The translations under genes were made by a program, and so were the position numbers. Shown piece after piece: positions 1-9,489 of a stretch of DNA of 62,935 bases (positions within the stretch are counted from its first letter, which is position 1; each line of letters starts with the position of its first letter). The notes under the pieces were generated by a model. The model was not told the DNA's origin and did not search any database. It saw only the letters and a program-made list of their open reading frames with translations. This DNA comes from Rubrobacteraceae bacterium (lineage in GTDB: Bacteria; Actinomycetota; Rubrobacteria; Rubrobacterales; Rubrobacteraceae): assembly GCA_049650095.1 (NCBI GenBank), contig JBARZM010000115.1, positions 1 through 62,935 on the forward strand, given 5' to 3'.

Positions 1-1139
1 GCCCCGACCTCCAGCCGACCTTTCCCGGAGAACCCAAAGCGGTCCGCCACCTTCCCCGAGAGCAGCCCGGCGAGCTTCTCCAGCGGCAGCCCGCGACCAT
101 GAAACCCTTCGTCCAGCATGACGTTAAGCAGGGACTGACAGCCAGCTATACCACCCCAGGCCCGGAACATGTCGTCGCCGACCTTCATGTCCGGCGGACA
201 AGGCGAGTGGTCAGAGGTGACGAACTCGACGTTGTCCTCGTGAACATGCTCCCAGAGAGATTCGAGGTCCTCCTGCGGCCTCAGCGGTGGGGCGCACTTG
301 GCTACAGCCCCGAGCACCCCGGCGTCCTCCTCGGTCAGGACCAGGTAGTGGGCGCAGGTCTCGCAGGTTACGTCCACCCCCCGCTTTCGAGCGGCCGCCA
401 CCCGTGCAACGCCCCGGCCGGTGCTTACGTGGACTACGTGCAGTGAGCAGCCGGTTTCTTCGGCGAAGAGAATGGCCCGTTCGATCGCCTCAAGCTCCGC
501 GAATACCGGACGCGAATCCAGATAGTCGCGCATCGTGGTTCGGAGGGTTCCTACTCGCCGGCGTCCTAACTCATCCGTGATTTCTTTGTTCTCCGCGTGG
601 ACCAGAACCGGCAGCCCTAGCTCCGCCGCCTTCTCCATCCCCTCGTAGAGCGCGAGGTCGTCTGCGGGCTGGAAGTCTATGGTTCCGGTGGTGGACATAA
701 AAGCCTTGAAACCGGAAACGCCACGCTCAGCCAGTTCCTCCATATGCTCCAGGTTGCCGGGCACGAGTCCTCCGTAGAACGCGAAGTCCACCACCGAAGA
801 CGCTCGCGCGAGGGCGATCTTCTCGTCAAAGCTCTTGGCGTCGTTGGTCGGCGGGTATGCGTTTAGGGGCATCTCTACGAACGCCGTCATGCCGCCCGCC
901 GCAAGAGACCGGGAGCCGGTAGCGAAGCCTTCCCAGTGCGTGCGTCCGGGCTCGTTGAAGTGGACGTGGGCGTCTATTGCTCCCGGAAGGACGCGGAGGC
1001 CGCGGGCGTCTATCTCTTCGTCAGCCGGGCCTTCCAGTTCAGGCTCTATGGCGGCGATCTTTCCGTCCGAGACGGCGAGGTCGGCCTCACCGACCCCGAC
1101 TACGGCGCCGCCCCGGACGATCAGGTCGTAAGTGCTCAC
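1..1139 (-). CDS. allB: Allantoinase (cyclic amidohydrolase); 3' end cut by window edge
   Basis: Not in the ORF track because no stop lies in the window. Manual minus-strand translation starts at GTG 1139-1137, preceded by GGAGGAG. Product: VSTYDLIVRGG...LPGAIDAHVHFNEPGRTHWEGFATGSRSLAAGGMT...GFKAFM...LVHAEN...HVVHVS...SDHSP. These are metal-ligand motifs of the allantoinase/dihydropyrimidinase family. The frame stays open to nt 1 and the gene sits in urate-pathway context. Confidence 0.85.
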   Translation of the reverse strand, partial: MSTYDLIVRGGAVVGVGEADLAVSDGKIAAIEPELEGPADEEIDARGLRVLPGAIDAHVHFNEPGRTHWEGFATGSRSLAAGGMTAFVEMPLNAYPPTNDAKSFDEKIALARASSVVDFAFYGGLVPGNLEHMEELAERGVSGFKAFMSTTGTIDFQPADDLALYEGMEKAAELGLPVLVHAENKEITDELGRRRVGTLRTTMRDYLDSRPVFAELEAIERAILFAEETGCSLHVVHVSTGRGVARVAAARKRGVDVTCETCAHYLVLTEEDAGVLGAVAKCAPPLRPQEDLESLWEHVHEDNVEFVTSDHSPCPPDMKVGDDMFRAWGGIAGCQSLLNVMLDEGFHGRGLPLEKLAGLLSGKVADRFGFSGKGRLEVG

Positions 1140-1142
1140 GAG

Positions 1143-2624
1143 CTACTCCTCCTGCGATCCGGGCATTACGACTGTCCTTTGGCGTTTGGCTACGAACCAG
1201 TACACGGCCCCAGCGATGCCGGCCCCGATAAACCAGGAGAAAGGTGCGACGTCGCCGAAGAAGGGGACCAGCGCGAAGATCAGGGCGATGATCGAGGCGG
1301 GCACGAAGGCGTAGAGGGCGTCGGGGTTCCATCCCCGCTGGTACCAGTACGGTTCGTCGGGTCCCTCCCGGAAGAGCGCATGGACCTGTATGCGTCCCTT
1401 CTTCACCAGGTAGTAATCGACGACGATGACCCCGAAGATCGGGCCTAGCAGCGCTCCGAGGCCGCCCAGGAAGTAGTTGATGGCTACGGGGCTGTTGAAG
1501 ATGTACCAGGGCATCACCATGATGGCTAGGACGGCCGTGATCAGGCCGCCACGTTTGAAGTCTATGTATTTTGGGAACGCGTTGGCGAAGTCGTAGGAAG
1601 GCCCGACGAAGTTGGCGACTATGTTGATCCCGACCGTCGCGATTGCGAAAGTAAGCGCTCCTATCGCAAGGGCCAGCGTACTCGGGATCTCTCCGACGAG
1701 CTCCACCGGGTCCGTTATCGCCTCTCCGAACACGGAGATGGACCCCGCGGTGGTGATGACGACGACCGCGGAGAACAGCATGAAGTTGACCGGCAGACCC
1801 CAGAAATTGCCCTTGCGGACCATGCTTGCTGAAGGAGCCCACCGCGAGAAGTCGCAGAAGTTGAGCATCAGGGTGGAGAAGTAGTTCACGACCAGCGCCG
1901 CCGCCGTGAAGAACACGAAGATCGTCTGTCCGGCGGAGAGGTCGCGGGAGCCGAGGTTGAAGCTCATGTCGGAGCCGGCCTCGTACCAGATCCAGGCGGC
2001 CAGGGCGAACATGGCAACGTAGATCGCCGGTCCCGACCAGTCCACCAGCGTGCGGATGGAGTCCATGCCGTTGCGCAGCACGAGCAACTGGACGCCCCAC
2101 ATCCCGAGGAAGCAGATCCAACCCAAAGTCGAGAGCCCGATGATCGAGTTCCCGGTGAGCGGTTCGAGTCCCGGAAACATCTCCAACAGGAGTATGAGCA
2201 CCGCCACGGAGGCCAGCCACGTCTGAATGCCGTACCAGAAGGTGGCGATGACGGCCCGGATCAGGGCCGGAAGGTTCGCCCCGAAGACGCCGAAGCTGAT
2301 CCTGGTGAGCACCGGATACGGTACGCCTTGCTGCTGCCCCGCGACGCTGACGAGGTTCATAAAGAAGTAGACAACCGTTATGCCGACCATCAGCGCCAGA
2401 AAGACCTGCCATCCGGTAAGCCCCAGAAAGAACAACCCCGCCGCGAACGTGTAGCCGCCGATGCTGTGAACGTCGGCCATCCACGTGGCGAAGAGGCTGT
2501 AGGTAGTCCAGCCGCGCTCCTCGTCTTTGAGCGGCCGGAGGTCCTCATTGTAGAGTCGGTCGCTGTACTTCGAGATCTCCTGCTGATACGTTTTTGTTTG
2601 CTCGGTCCTGGTTTGTTCGGCCAT
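1143..2624 (-). CDS. NCS1-family permease (allantoin/hydantoin/nucleobase type)
   Basis: 493-aa polytopic membrane ORF. The N-terminal NEDLRPLKDEERGWTTYSLFATWMADVHSIGGY segment is typical of NCS1 (PucI/Mhp1-like) transporters. It is tightly packed between allantoinase and allantoate amidohydrolase. Confidence 0.85.
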   Translation of the reverse strand: MAEQTRTEQTKTYQQEISKYSDRLYNEDLRPLKDEERGWTTYSLFATWMADVHSIGGYTFAAGLFFLGLTGWQVFLALMVGITVVYFFMNLVSVAGQQQGVPYPVLTRISFGVFGANLPALIRAVIATFWYGIQTWLASVAVLILLLEMFPGLEPLTGNSIIGLSTLGWICFLGMWGVQLLVLRNGMDSIRTLVDWSGPAIYVAMFALAAWIWYEAGSDMSFNLGSRDLSAGQTIFVFFTAAALVVNYFSTLMLNFCDFSRWAPSASMVRKGNFWGLPVNFMLFSAVVVITTAGSISVFGEAITDPVELVGEIPSTLALAIGALTFAIATVGINIVANFVGPSYDFANAFPKYIDFKRGGLITAVLAIMVMPWYIFNSPVAINYFLGGLGALLGPIFGVIVVDYYLVKKGRIQVHALFREGPDEPYWYQRGWNPDALYAFVPASIIALIFALVPFFGDVAPFSWFIGAGIAGAVYWFVAKRQRTVVMPGSQEE

Positions 2625-2627
2625 TGC

Positions 2628-3917
2628 TTACTTCCTTTCCGGCTTGCTCGTCGGCTCCAAGCTCGCCTTCTCATCCGTCGGGACATTGCTTTCCGTGCCG
2701 GACTCCGCCATTAGCTCCAGAAAGCGTCCCATCACCTCTACAGCCACGCCCACATCCTCCTTGCCGACCGATTCGGCGGGGTTGTGGCTTATGCCCTCCT
2801 CGCAGCGGACAAACAGCATGGACACCGGGGTGAGCGCCGCCATCTGGGCCGCGTCGTGCCCGGCTCCGCTCGGCAGTTGGTGTACGGTCGTTCCCGTCCC
2901 CTCTACCGCCTGTCCGAGCAGACCGCTGAGTTTTGGGTCCATCTGCACCGCGGGGGTCTCCTGGCGTACCTGCCAGTGGGACCCGCAGCCGCGCGAGGAA
3001 GCTATAGTCTCTGCCCGCTCTGCGAAGTGGTCGCGCAGGCGCTCGCGTACCGCGTCGTCCTGGTGGCGAAGGTCGAGGCTGAGGTGGGCTTCACCGGGGA
3101 TGACGTTGCTCGCTCCGGGTAAGGCAGTGATCTCACCCACCGTCGCCACAGCCCCCGGCTCTATCTTGCAGGCGGTCTCAACCTCCAGCACGAACTCCGC
3201 CGCGGCGCAGAGGGCATCTCTTCTCGCCTGCATCGGCACGGTGCCGGCGTGTCCCGCCTTGCCGGTGAAGCCCGCCCGGATGCGGCTCTGACCGTTGATC
3301 GCGGTCACCACGCCCACCGGGAGATCCAGCGCCTCCAGCACCGGCCCCTGCTCTATGTGGACCTCACAATAACCGAGCAGGTCGTCTCTTCCGCGCCCAT
3401 TTTCTCCCAGTGCGTCGGGATCTCCACCGAAGTCCCTAACGGCGTCCCAGAGGTTGGTGTCGTTCGGGTCTTCGAGCTTCAGTCGCGCCCGGTCGAAGGC
3501 TCCAGCGTACACGGAGCTGCCCAAGAAAGTCGTGCCGAAGCGCAGGCCCTCCTCGTCGGCAAAGGCGACGACCTCGATGGAGAAGGGAAGTTTTTCGTCC
3601 CGGTCGTGGAGTCGTTGGACGCAGGCGAGGACGACCATGACGCCCAGGATCCCGTCGTACTTTCCGGCGTCCCGGACGGTGTCGAGGTGGGAACCGAGGA
3701 CGAGGGTCTTCTCCCCCTCTCCTTCGTAGCGGCCGATGAGGTTCTTTATGGCGTCCTGGCGGACGGTCATTCCGGCGTCCCGCATCCAGCCAGAGACGAT
3801 CTTGTTGACTTCCCGCATCGCCTGGGAGCCGAAGGAGCGGGTGAGGGCGTCGCCGTCCTCGCTGATGTTGCCGAGCAGGTCACACCGCTCCATCACGATG
3901 GTTGATGGATCTTTCAC
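2628..3917 (-). CDS. allC: Allantoate amidohydrolase / N-carbamoyl-amino-acid hydrolase (M20 Zn-hydrolase family)
   Basis: 429 aa with LVLGSHLDTVRDAGKYDGILGV and FADEEG motifs of M20 amidohydrolases. GTG 3917 overlaps the upstream stop (TAGTG); ATG 3893 is an alternative start. Sits in pathway context. Confidence 0.8.
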   Translation of the reverse strand: MKDPSTIVMERCDLLGNISEDGDALTRSFGSQAMREVNKIVSGWMRDAGMTVRQDAIKNLIGRYEGEGEKTLVLGSHLDTVRDAGKYDGILGVMVVLACVQRLHDRDEKLPFSIEVVAFADEEGLRFGTTFLGSSVYAGAFDRARLKLEDPNDTNLWDAVRDFGGDPDALGENGRGRDDLLGYCEVHIEQGPVLEALDLPVGVVTAINGQSRIRAGFTGKAGHAGTVPMQARRDALCAAAEFVLEVETACKIEPGAVATVGEITALPGASNVIPGEAHLSLDLRHQDDAVRERLRDHFAERAETIASSRGCGSHWQVRQETPAVQMDPKLSGLLGQAVEGTGTTVHQLPSGAGHDAAQMAALTPVSMLFVRCEEGISHNPAESVGKEDVGVAVEVMGRFLELMAESGTESNVPTDEKASLEPTSKPERK

Positions 3918-5422
3918 TAGAGGTCCTCCCTGGCTATGGCGTCTTCGGGGATGTCCTCGGTCTTCTCGCGGGTAAAACCCTTCTCGGAGTGGTAGACCCA
4001 GTTGAGACCCAGGCTGGTCGCCAGGTACTGGTCGTCGTGGCCGGACTCGATCTCGACCTGCTTGTAGCGGGGCAGGATCCAGAACCTCATCAACCCATAG
4101 TAAACGGCGAAGGCGATCGGGAACCCGAGGATGAACGCGATGTTGAGCCAGATGAGCGAGATGATCGCCGCTGTGAACCAGGCGATCACACCGGCCGGGT
4201 TTATCCCGTGCCAGTACCTAAACTGCCCGTCCGTCCGGTAGAGGTCCGGCACGTTGAGCCGACGCTTCCTGAAGACGTAGTAGTCGCAGACCATGATGCC
4301 GCCGATGGCCCCGATAAACCCACCGTAATAGCTGAGGAACGCGAAGAGGTTCTCCAGCAACGCCCACGGCGCAAGCGCCGTTCCGACAACCCCGGCGAGC
4401 ACCACCGCCCACGGATAGCTGAGACGGGGTGCTGCGGCGTTGACGAACGCGAGCGCCGCCGGGATGGCGTTCGCCGCCATGTTCGTCGACCACTGGGCGA
4501 GTATCACCATGATCAAAAGTACCACCAGAACAATACCGGTCCCCTGACCCTGAATAACCTCGACCGGGTTCCAGTTGCCGGTCACGATAAACGACACGGC
4601 CCCGATAAAAGCGATGAGCGCCTGCACCGTCGGAAGCGTAAGGAACTGGGCGACCAACACGTTGCGGTTGCGGCGGAAAAAGTTCCGCGTGGGCTCGGCC
4701 CGCACGAAGCGGGTTATGTTCGGAATGTCCACCGAAAGCGCCGACCAGACCGCCATGTTCGCGGCGAAGAGGGCTATGAGGGGGAGCGGCGCACCATCTC
4801 CGGCGAACGTCCAGATGTTGGTTCCTCCGGCCTCGGCGACGCCCGCGAGGTTGAAGTACATCCAGATCGCGATGGCGAGTATCGCCGGGGCGGCGATGGA
4901 GGCCAGCCGCTCGACGGCCCGCATACCGAGTGCGACGTTCGCCACCTGCACGATCATGAAGAGCGCGTACCACAGCGGCCAGAAGGCGAACCCGGTAAGG
5001 AACTCGACGATCCCGTTTATCGCGAGGGCTCCGAGGTAAGTCTGTATCCCGAACCAGGCCGCGGCGACGATTCCACGAGAAACCGCGGGAAGATGTGTAC
5101 CGATGGTCCCGAACGGCGCCCGCAGAAATACCGCGAACGACAGACCATGCTCGGTACCGATGTCCGCCGTAGCCGTCATGAGTATCGACAGGGTGGCGGT
5201 AGCGAAGAAGACGATTGCGAGGACCGTGGGGACGGTGTAGCCGGCCTCCACGCCGTTTGCACCGTACTGGAACGTCACGATGACGACGGCCAGCCCGATC
5301 CAGATGTAGTTGAAACCCCAGAACGTCAGCGCCCGCTGGTTCAGCCACGTCGGCAGGATAGACTCCTCGAGGAGACGGCCTCCTATAGCCGGTCTTTCTT
5401 CCCTTACTTCTGTCTGATCCAT
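3917..5422 (-). CDS. Second NCS1-family permease (purine/allantoin/cytosine type)
   Basis: 501-aa polytopic ORF with NCS1-like N-terminus (LNQRALTFWGFNYIWIGLAVVIVTFQYG). First gene of the NCS1-allC-NCS1-allB operon, downstream of an AT-rich promoter gap (5423-5568). Confidence 0.85.
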   Translation of the reverse strand: MDQTEVREERPAIGGRLLEESILPTWLNQRALTFWGFNYIWIGLAVVIVTFQYGANGVEAGYTVPTVLAIVFFATATLSILMTATADIGTEHGLSFAVFLRAPFGTIGTHLPAVSRGIVAAAWFGIQTYLGALAINGIVEFLTGFAFWPLWYALFMIVQVANVALGMRAVERLASIAAPAILAIAIWMYFNLAGVAEAGGTNIWTFAGDGAPLPLIALFAANMAVWSALSVDIPNITRFVRAEPTRNFFRRNRNVLVAQFLTLPTVQALIAFIGAVSFIVTGNWNPVEVIQGQGTGIVLVVLLIMVILAQWSTNMAANAIPAALAFVNAAAPRLSYPWAVVLAGVVGTALAPWALLENLFAFLSYYGGFIGAIGGIMVCDYYVFRKRRLNVPDLYRTDGQFRYWHGINPAGVIAWFTAAIISLIWLNIAFILGFPIAFAVYYGLMRFWILPRYKQVEIESGHDDQYLATSLGLNWVYHSEKGFTREKTEDIPEDAIAREDL

Positions 5423-5568
5423 GCCGGTCCTCCTTGTGCCGGATGCTTCTTTCCCTTTAGTGCCAGTATCCTAGTAACAAGAGGAACCCGAAATCTATGT
5501 ACGAGCGATTAAATATTTTTCGTTTCTTTTGTCTCTCTGTACAAATACAGCGCGGCCGGGTCCCTCTC

Positions 5569-5913
5569 TCAACTCCCCCGGTAGGTACTGTAAGACCAGG
5601 GTGAGGCGAGTAGCGGCACATGGTAGTGCGAATCGGGATTGGAGATGCCGAACCGGATCGGCACCTGGTCGAGGAACGGTGGGTCCCCATCTTCTCCGAA
5701 ATACTCCCCGACAGAGAAGACGATCTCGTACTCTCCCACCTCGAACTCGGCCTCCGTGAGGAGAGGCTCGTCGGTCCTACCGTCGTCGTTGGTGCGGACG
5801 GTCTTGATGGAGTGGCGCTCACCGGCCTCGAAGCGGGCGAGCTCTATCTCCATCCCGGCGGCGGGTTTGCCGTGGGCGGTGTCCAGGACGTGGGTAGTCA
5901 GGAAGCCGGACAT
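5569..5913 (-). CDS. uraH: 5-hydroxyisourate hydrolase (transthyretin-like)
   Basis: 114 aa. N-terminal [16 protein letters not shown] and C-terminal [18 protein letters not shown] are the HIU-hydrolase signature. Confidence 0.9.
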   Translation of the reverse strand: MSGFLTTHVLDTAHGKPAAGMEIELARFEAGERHSIKTVRTNDDGRTDEPLLTEAEFEVGEYEIVFSVGEYFGEDGDPPFLDQVPIRFGISNPDSHYHVPLLASPWSYSTYRGS

Positions 5914-5917
5914 GAGG

Positions 5918-6793
5918 TTAGCCTTGCCTCTCTACCCAGCCCTCGATGTGGCCGTATGGGTCCTGGGTGGCGTGGTAAATTTCCCTGTCGTTCTCGATGC
6001 CGAAACGTTCCAGATCGAAGCCGATGTAGTGTACGTTGGGGAACGAGAACCAGATCCTCTCTACTTCGGGGAACCTTTTCAAGACCGCCTCGCCCATCCG
6101 GTACAGGGTGTTCTGCATCGAGGGGCTGTAATGGTCGGTGAAGGTCGTAAAGATCCGGTCCATCACCCCGCGCCAGGTCTCGTTAAAGTCTACGTTCTCC
6201 AAATCGTTAGTGTTGTACTCCCACTTGGAGGTAACGATGGTGGAGAGTATGCGGTCGCTCGTCTCCGGCAGGGTGGTGAACTGTTCGCGCAGAAAGCCTT
6301 CCCATCCGGAGTTTGTCGTCTTCAGTATGTGGACGTCGCCTATTCCGGCCTCCACTTTACGCCCGCCACCCTCGTCGCCCCAAACCTTTGTCCTGTGCTG
6401 GCCGCGACCCCGGACGAAGGAGTGCTCGTGGGGCTGGCCGTCAGCCTCCATCCGGCTCCACTGGGCTTGGTGGATCTCGACCCAGCAGCTCGTGACGGTC
6501 GGGCCGGCCTCTAGAAAGTGGTCCACCAGCGCCAGGCCGAAGTTTTCGATGGAGTCCGTGAGCTTATCCTTCGCCAGCGCGTTGACCGTGTTACGCATCG
6601 TGTCCGTCGCCAGGAGGCCGGTATTATCGCCTTTTGTGTGGGCGGCCTCGAAGTCGCCTTCCAGCGCGACCCGCACGTCGAGGTCCCAGACCTCGTGGCG
6701 CTCCGTATCGCGGTTTACCTTGAGCACACGGACCTCGGTCTTGCCGTAGTTGTTCTGTCCGAGGACGATCTTTGCGTCTGTGGTCTCCGTCAT
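5918..6793 (-). CDS. uox: Urate oxidase (cofactor-independent uricase)
   Basis: 291 aa with uricase-like N-terminus ([19 protein letters not shown]) and tandem T-fold-like organisation. Flanked by uraH and uraD. Confidence 0.85.
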   Translation of the reverse strand: MTETTDAKIVLGQNNYGKTEVRVLKVNRDTERHEVWDLDVRVALEGDFEAAHTKGDNTGLLATDTMRNTVNALAKDKLTDSIENFGLALVDHFLEAGPTVTSCWVEIHQAQWSRMEADGQPHEHSFVRGRGQHRTKVWGDEGGGRKVEAGIGDVHILKTTNSGWEGFLREQFTTLPETSDRILSTIVTSKWEYNTNDLENVDFNETWRGVMDRIFTTFTDHYSPSMQNTLYRMGEAVLKRFPEVERIWFSFPNVHYIGFDLERFGIENDREIYHATQDPYGHIEGWVERQG

Positions 6794-7332
6794 TTTCTTT
6801 CTCCTTCCTCTATGGCTTCGCCCAACCTGTACCGTGCTATCTTGTTTATCTCTTCCAGGGCACGGTCTATCTCTTTCTCGGGGGAGTTCTCCAGCCGAAG
6901 CCCGGCGCCCTCCAGTATCGTTTCTTTTGTGTGTTCCCGGACGGCGAAGATCATGGGTATTCCGAACTTTTCTTTGTAGGCGTCGTTTAACTTCACGAAG
7001 GTCTCGTACTCCCCAGACGAGAGCCGATCGAGGCCCACTGAGGACTGCTCGCGGGTTGACTCCGGGGTGAGGGCGCCGGCCAGCGCCGCCTTCCCGGCGA
7101 GATCCGGGTGGGCTTTTATGAGCGCGAGCTGGTGCTCGTGTGAAGCCTCCCTAAGCACCCGCTCGAAAGCGCCGTGCATCCCGGCAAGACTTTTGAAAGG
7201 CCGCTGCTCGGAGGCTCCTTCAGATACCCAGGGGGAATGCTCGTAGAGAGGGCCGAACTTCTCTACGAACTCCTCCCGGCTCAGGTCGTTTACCTCGTCT
7301 AGTGTGATCTTCTGCGGCATCCTGCTCCTCAT
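6790..7332 (-). CDS. uraD: OHCU decarboxylase (2-oxo-4-hydroxy-4-carboxy-5-ureidoimidazoline decarboxylase)
   Basis: 180 aa with LIKAHPDLAG, ESTREQSSVGL and IFAVREHTK motifs of OHCU decarboxylases. Overlaps the uricase start by 4 nt. Confidence 0.85.
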   Translation of the reverse strand: MRSRMPQKITLDEVNDLSREEFVEKFGPLYEHSPWVSEGASEQRPFKSLAGMHGAFERVLREASHEHQLALIKAHPDLAGKAALAGALTPESTREQSSVGLDRLSSGEYETFVKLNDAYKEKFGIPMIFAVREHTKETILEGAGLRLENSPEKEIDRALEEINKIARYRLGEAIEEGERK

Positions 7333-7365
7333 CCAGTCCGGTTCTCGCGCCGGAAAAACTCTCGT

Positions 7366-9279
7366 TCAGATCCTCGCTCCAACAAAGGATTCCTCCACCA
7401 TATCCTGCAGGCGATAGTTGGCTATCTTTACCACCTCTACGATGGAGATCAGGGTCTCCTGCTCCCTACTGTGCTTCAATCGGGACTCGGCATCCTCCAA
7501 AAGCGTCTCTTTGGTGTGATCCCGGATGGCGGTCACCAGCGGGAACCCGAATTTCTCCCTGTAAGCTTCGTTCATCTGCTGGAACGCCTCGTCTTCCTCG
7601 GCTGAGAGACCCGTAAGGCCAACCGACCGGCGTTCCCAGACGGAGAGCGAAGAGAGACTCCCCCTGGCGGTCGCACTTTTGCTGAGTGGCGTGTAGGAGC
7701 GCAACAGTTCTACCTGGTGTTCTTCCGGGGCATCGTAGACGACGGTCTGGAAGGCGTGGCGCAGGTCGTGGATGCTGGAAAATGGGTGTTCGGAGTCGTA
7801 GGCATCCTCCGGCACCCAGCGGGTACCCTGGAACAGCGGGGCGAACTTCTCCGCGAACGCCTCGCGGCCCAGACGGTTTGCGTCCATGACGGTCAGCTTG
7901 TCCTCCACCCCGGCGATGTTCTCGCCGTAGTCGCCCACGTCCTGTTCCGTTTCTCCTCCCAAGACGTTGAAGAGGATGTTCAGGAGGATGGCGGCCACGG
8001 CGGCGGCGGTGATGCCGCTGTCGAACACGAGCCGCACGGCCTCGGGGAACTGTTCGTAGAACTCCGGGACCGTGGCGGGGATCACTCCGAGGGCCACGGC
8101 GACGGCAACGATAATGAGGTTCCGGTTGAGTGTGAGATCCACCTTAGAGAGCGTCTGGACGCCGGCCGCCGCGACGGAGCCGAACAGAACCAGGCCCGCG
8201 CCGCCCAGCACGGGCAACGGTATAGAGGCCACCAATCCGGCGACCTTGGGGAAGACGCCCATCAGGATTAGGATGAGCCCGGCAGCCGCCACCACGAAGC
8301 GGCTCTTGATGCCGGTAAAGCGCACGAGCCCGACGTTCTGGGCAAATGCGGAGAACGGGAAAGTGTTAAACACCGCGCCGAGGGCGGTGGAGATGCCATC
8401 CGCCCGCAGTCCTTTGGCTACGACATCGGAGTCTACGGGCTTTTCGGTGATCTCCCCAATAGCCAGGATGTCGGCGGTGGTTTCGGTCATGATGATCAGC
8501 ATAACGAGCGTCATGGATATTATCGGGACAAGGGCGAAGACCGGCGCCCCAAAGTTGAAGGGCAGCGTGATGCCGACCCACCCCGCGTCCCCGACCCTGG
8601 CGAAGTCGGCCATCGCGAATATCGCCGCGAAGGCGGTACCGATGACGAGCCCGAGCAGAATAGCGACCCGGCTCAGGAAACCGCCGAGAATGCCCCCGGT
8701 GAACCGGGTGATGAGCAAGACTATGAGCAGCGTAAGGAATGCCAGTCCTATATTGGACGGGCTACCAAAATCCGGGGCGTCCGGGACACCGCCGGCGGCC
8801 CATCGTATCGCCACCGGCATAAGCGAAACACCGATTATGGCTATGATGGTGCCGGTAACAACCGGTGGAAAAAAGCGCAACAGCTTGCCGAAAAACGGCG
8901 CGGCCAGCACGGTCAGGAGACCGGCAACGATGACAGATCCATAAATCCCCTGTATCCCGTACTCGCCGCCGATAATGATCATCGGCGTCACGGCGGCGAA
9001 CGAGGTGCCCTGTACTATTGGCAGCTTCGCCCCGAACTTCCAGACTCCGACGGCTTGTATCAGGGTAGCAACTCCGCACATAAAAAAGCTGGCGTTGATG
9101 ATGTAGACGATCTGATCCGGCGGCAGATCAAGGGCCGTCGCCACGATGAGCGGCACCGCGATGATCCCCGCATACATCGTCATCACATGCTGCAACCCGA
9201 AGGCCGCCATGCGTCCCGCCGGCAGTACCTCGTCTACGGGATGGGTTGTTTGCCCTTCCCGGCTACGCTCCTCCGACAT
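7366..9279 (-). CDS. NCS2 (xanthine/uric acid) permease fused to a C-terminal OHCU-decarboxylase-like domain
   Basis: The ORF-track ORF runs 7366..9330. The third ATG (9279) follows GAAGGAG at good spacing. The N-terminal ~470 aa is NCS2-like (FGLQHVMTMYAGIIAVPLIV, FAQNVGLV). The last ~175 aa (nt ~7369-7899) align residue-by-residue with the neighbouring uraD product. Confidence 0.85.
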   Translation of the reverse strand: MSEERSREGQTTHPVDEVLPAGRMAAFGLQHVMTMYAGIIAVPLIVATALDLPPDQIVYIINASFFMCGVATLIQAVGVWKFGAKLPIVQGTSFAAVTPMIIIGGEYGIQGIYGSVIVAGLLTVLAAPFFGKLLRFFPPVVTGTIIAIIGVSLMPVAIRWAAGGVPDAPDFGSPSNIGLAFLTLLIVLLITRFTGGILGGFLSRVAILLGLVIGTAFAAIFAMADFARVGDAGWVGITLPFNFGAPVFALVPIISMTLVMLIIMTETTADILAIGEITEKPVDSDVVAKGLRADGISTALGAVFNTFPFSAFAQNVGLVRFTGIKSRFVVAAAGLILILMGVFPKVAGLVASIPLPVLGGAGLVLFGSVAAAGVQTLSKVDLTLNRNLIIVAVAVALGVIPATVPEFYEQFPEAVRLVFDSGITAAAVAAILLNILFNVLGGETEQDVGDYGENIAGVEDKLTVMDANRLGREAFAEKFAPLFQGTRWVPEDAYDSEHPFSSIHDLRHAFQTVVYDAPEEHQVELLRSYTPLSKSATARGSLSSLSVWERRSVGLTGLSAEEDEAFQQMNEAYREKFGFPLVTAIRDHTKETLLEDAESRLKHSREQETLISIVEVVKIANYRLQDMVEESFVGARI

Positions 9280-9489
9280 ATTTTCTCCTTCCCCAGACAT
9301 GAGGCCTGATCTTCTACCTCTGCCGTCCATCTTAGTTACGCCGGGATCAGGATATCTATGTACCGGTGATTAAAGTTTTCTCAAGCCTTTTGTGTTTTTG
9401 GATAAAGTTATGCTGTAAGCAGAAGCGAGTCTTCGAGACTTACTAGAGGATAAAGGAGTAAAGGAAATAATATGCTGAGCGTTCTACCT

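Noticed and set aside
3902-5512. Long plus-strand ORF (536 aa, Arg/Asp/Pro/Gly-rich) opposite the NCS1 permease. Similar cases are 1087..2484(-), 15798..17501(+), 45722..47356(-), 58011..59459(+) and 60280..62205(+).
   Set aside because: These are typical shadow ORFs of high-GC DNA. They have low-complexity Arg/Pro/Gly composition and no motifs. Each lies antisense or out of frame to a gene with clear family signatures.
9280-9489. Leader of the urate/xanthine permease, examined for a purine (guanine/xanthine) riboswitch.
   Set aside because: None of the conserved purine-riboswitch junction or loop sequences, nor a three-way junction, could be found on the minus strand.
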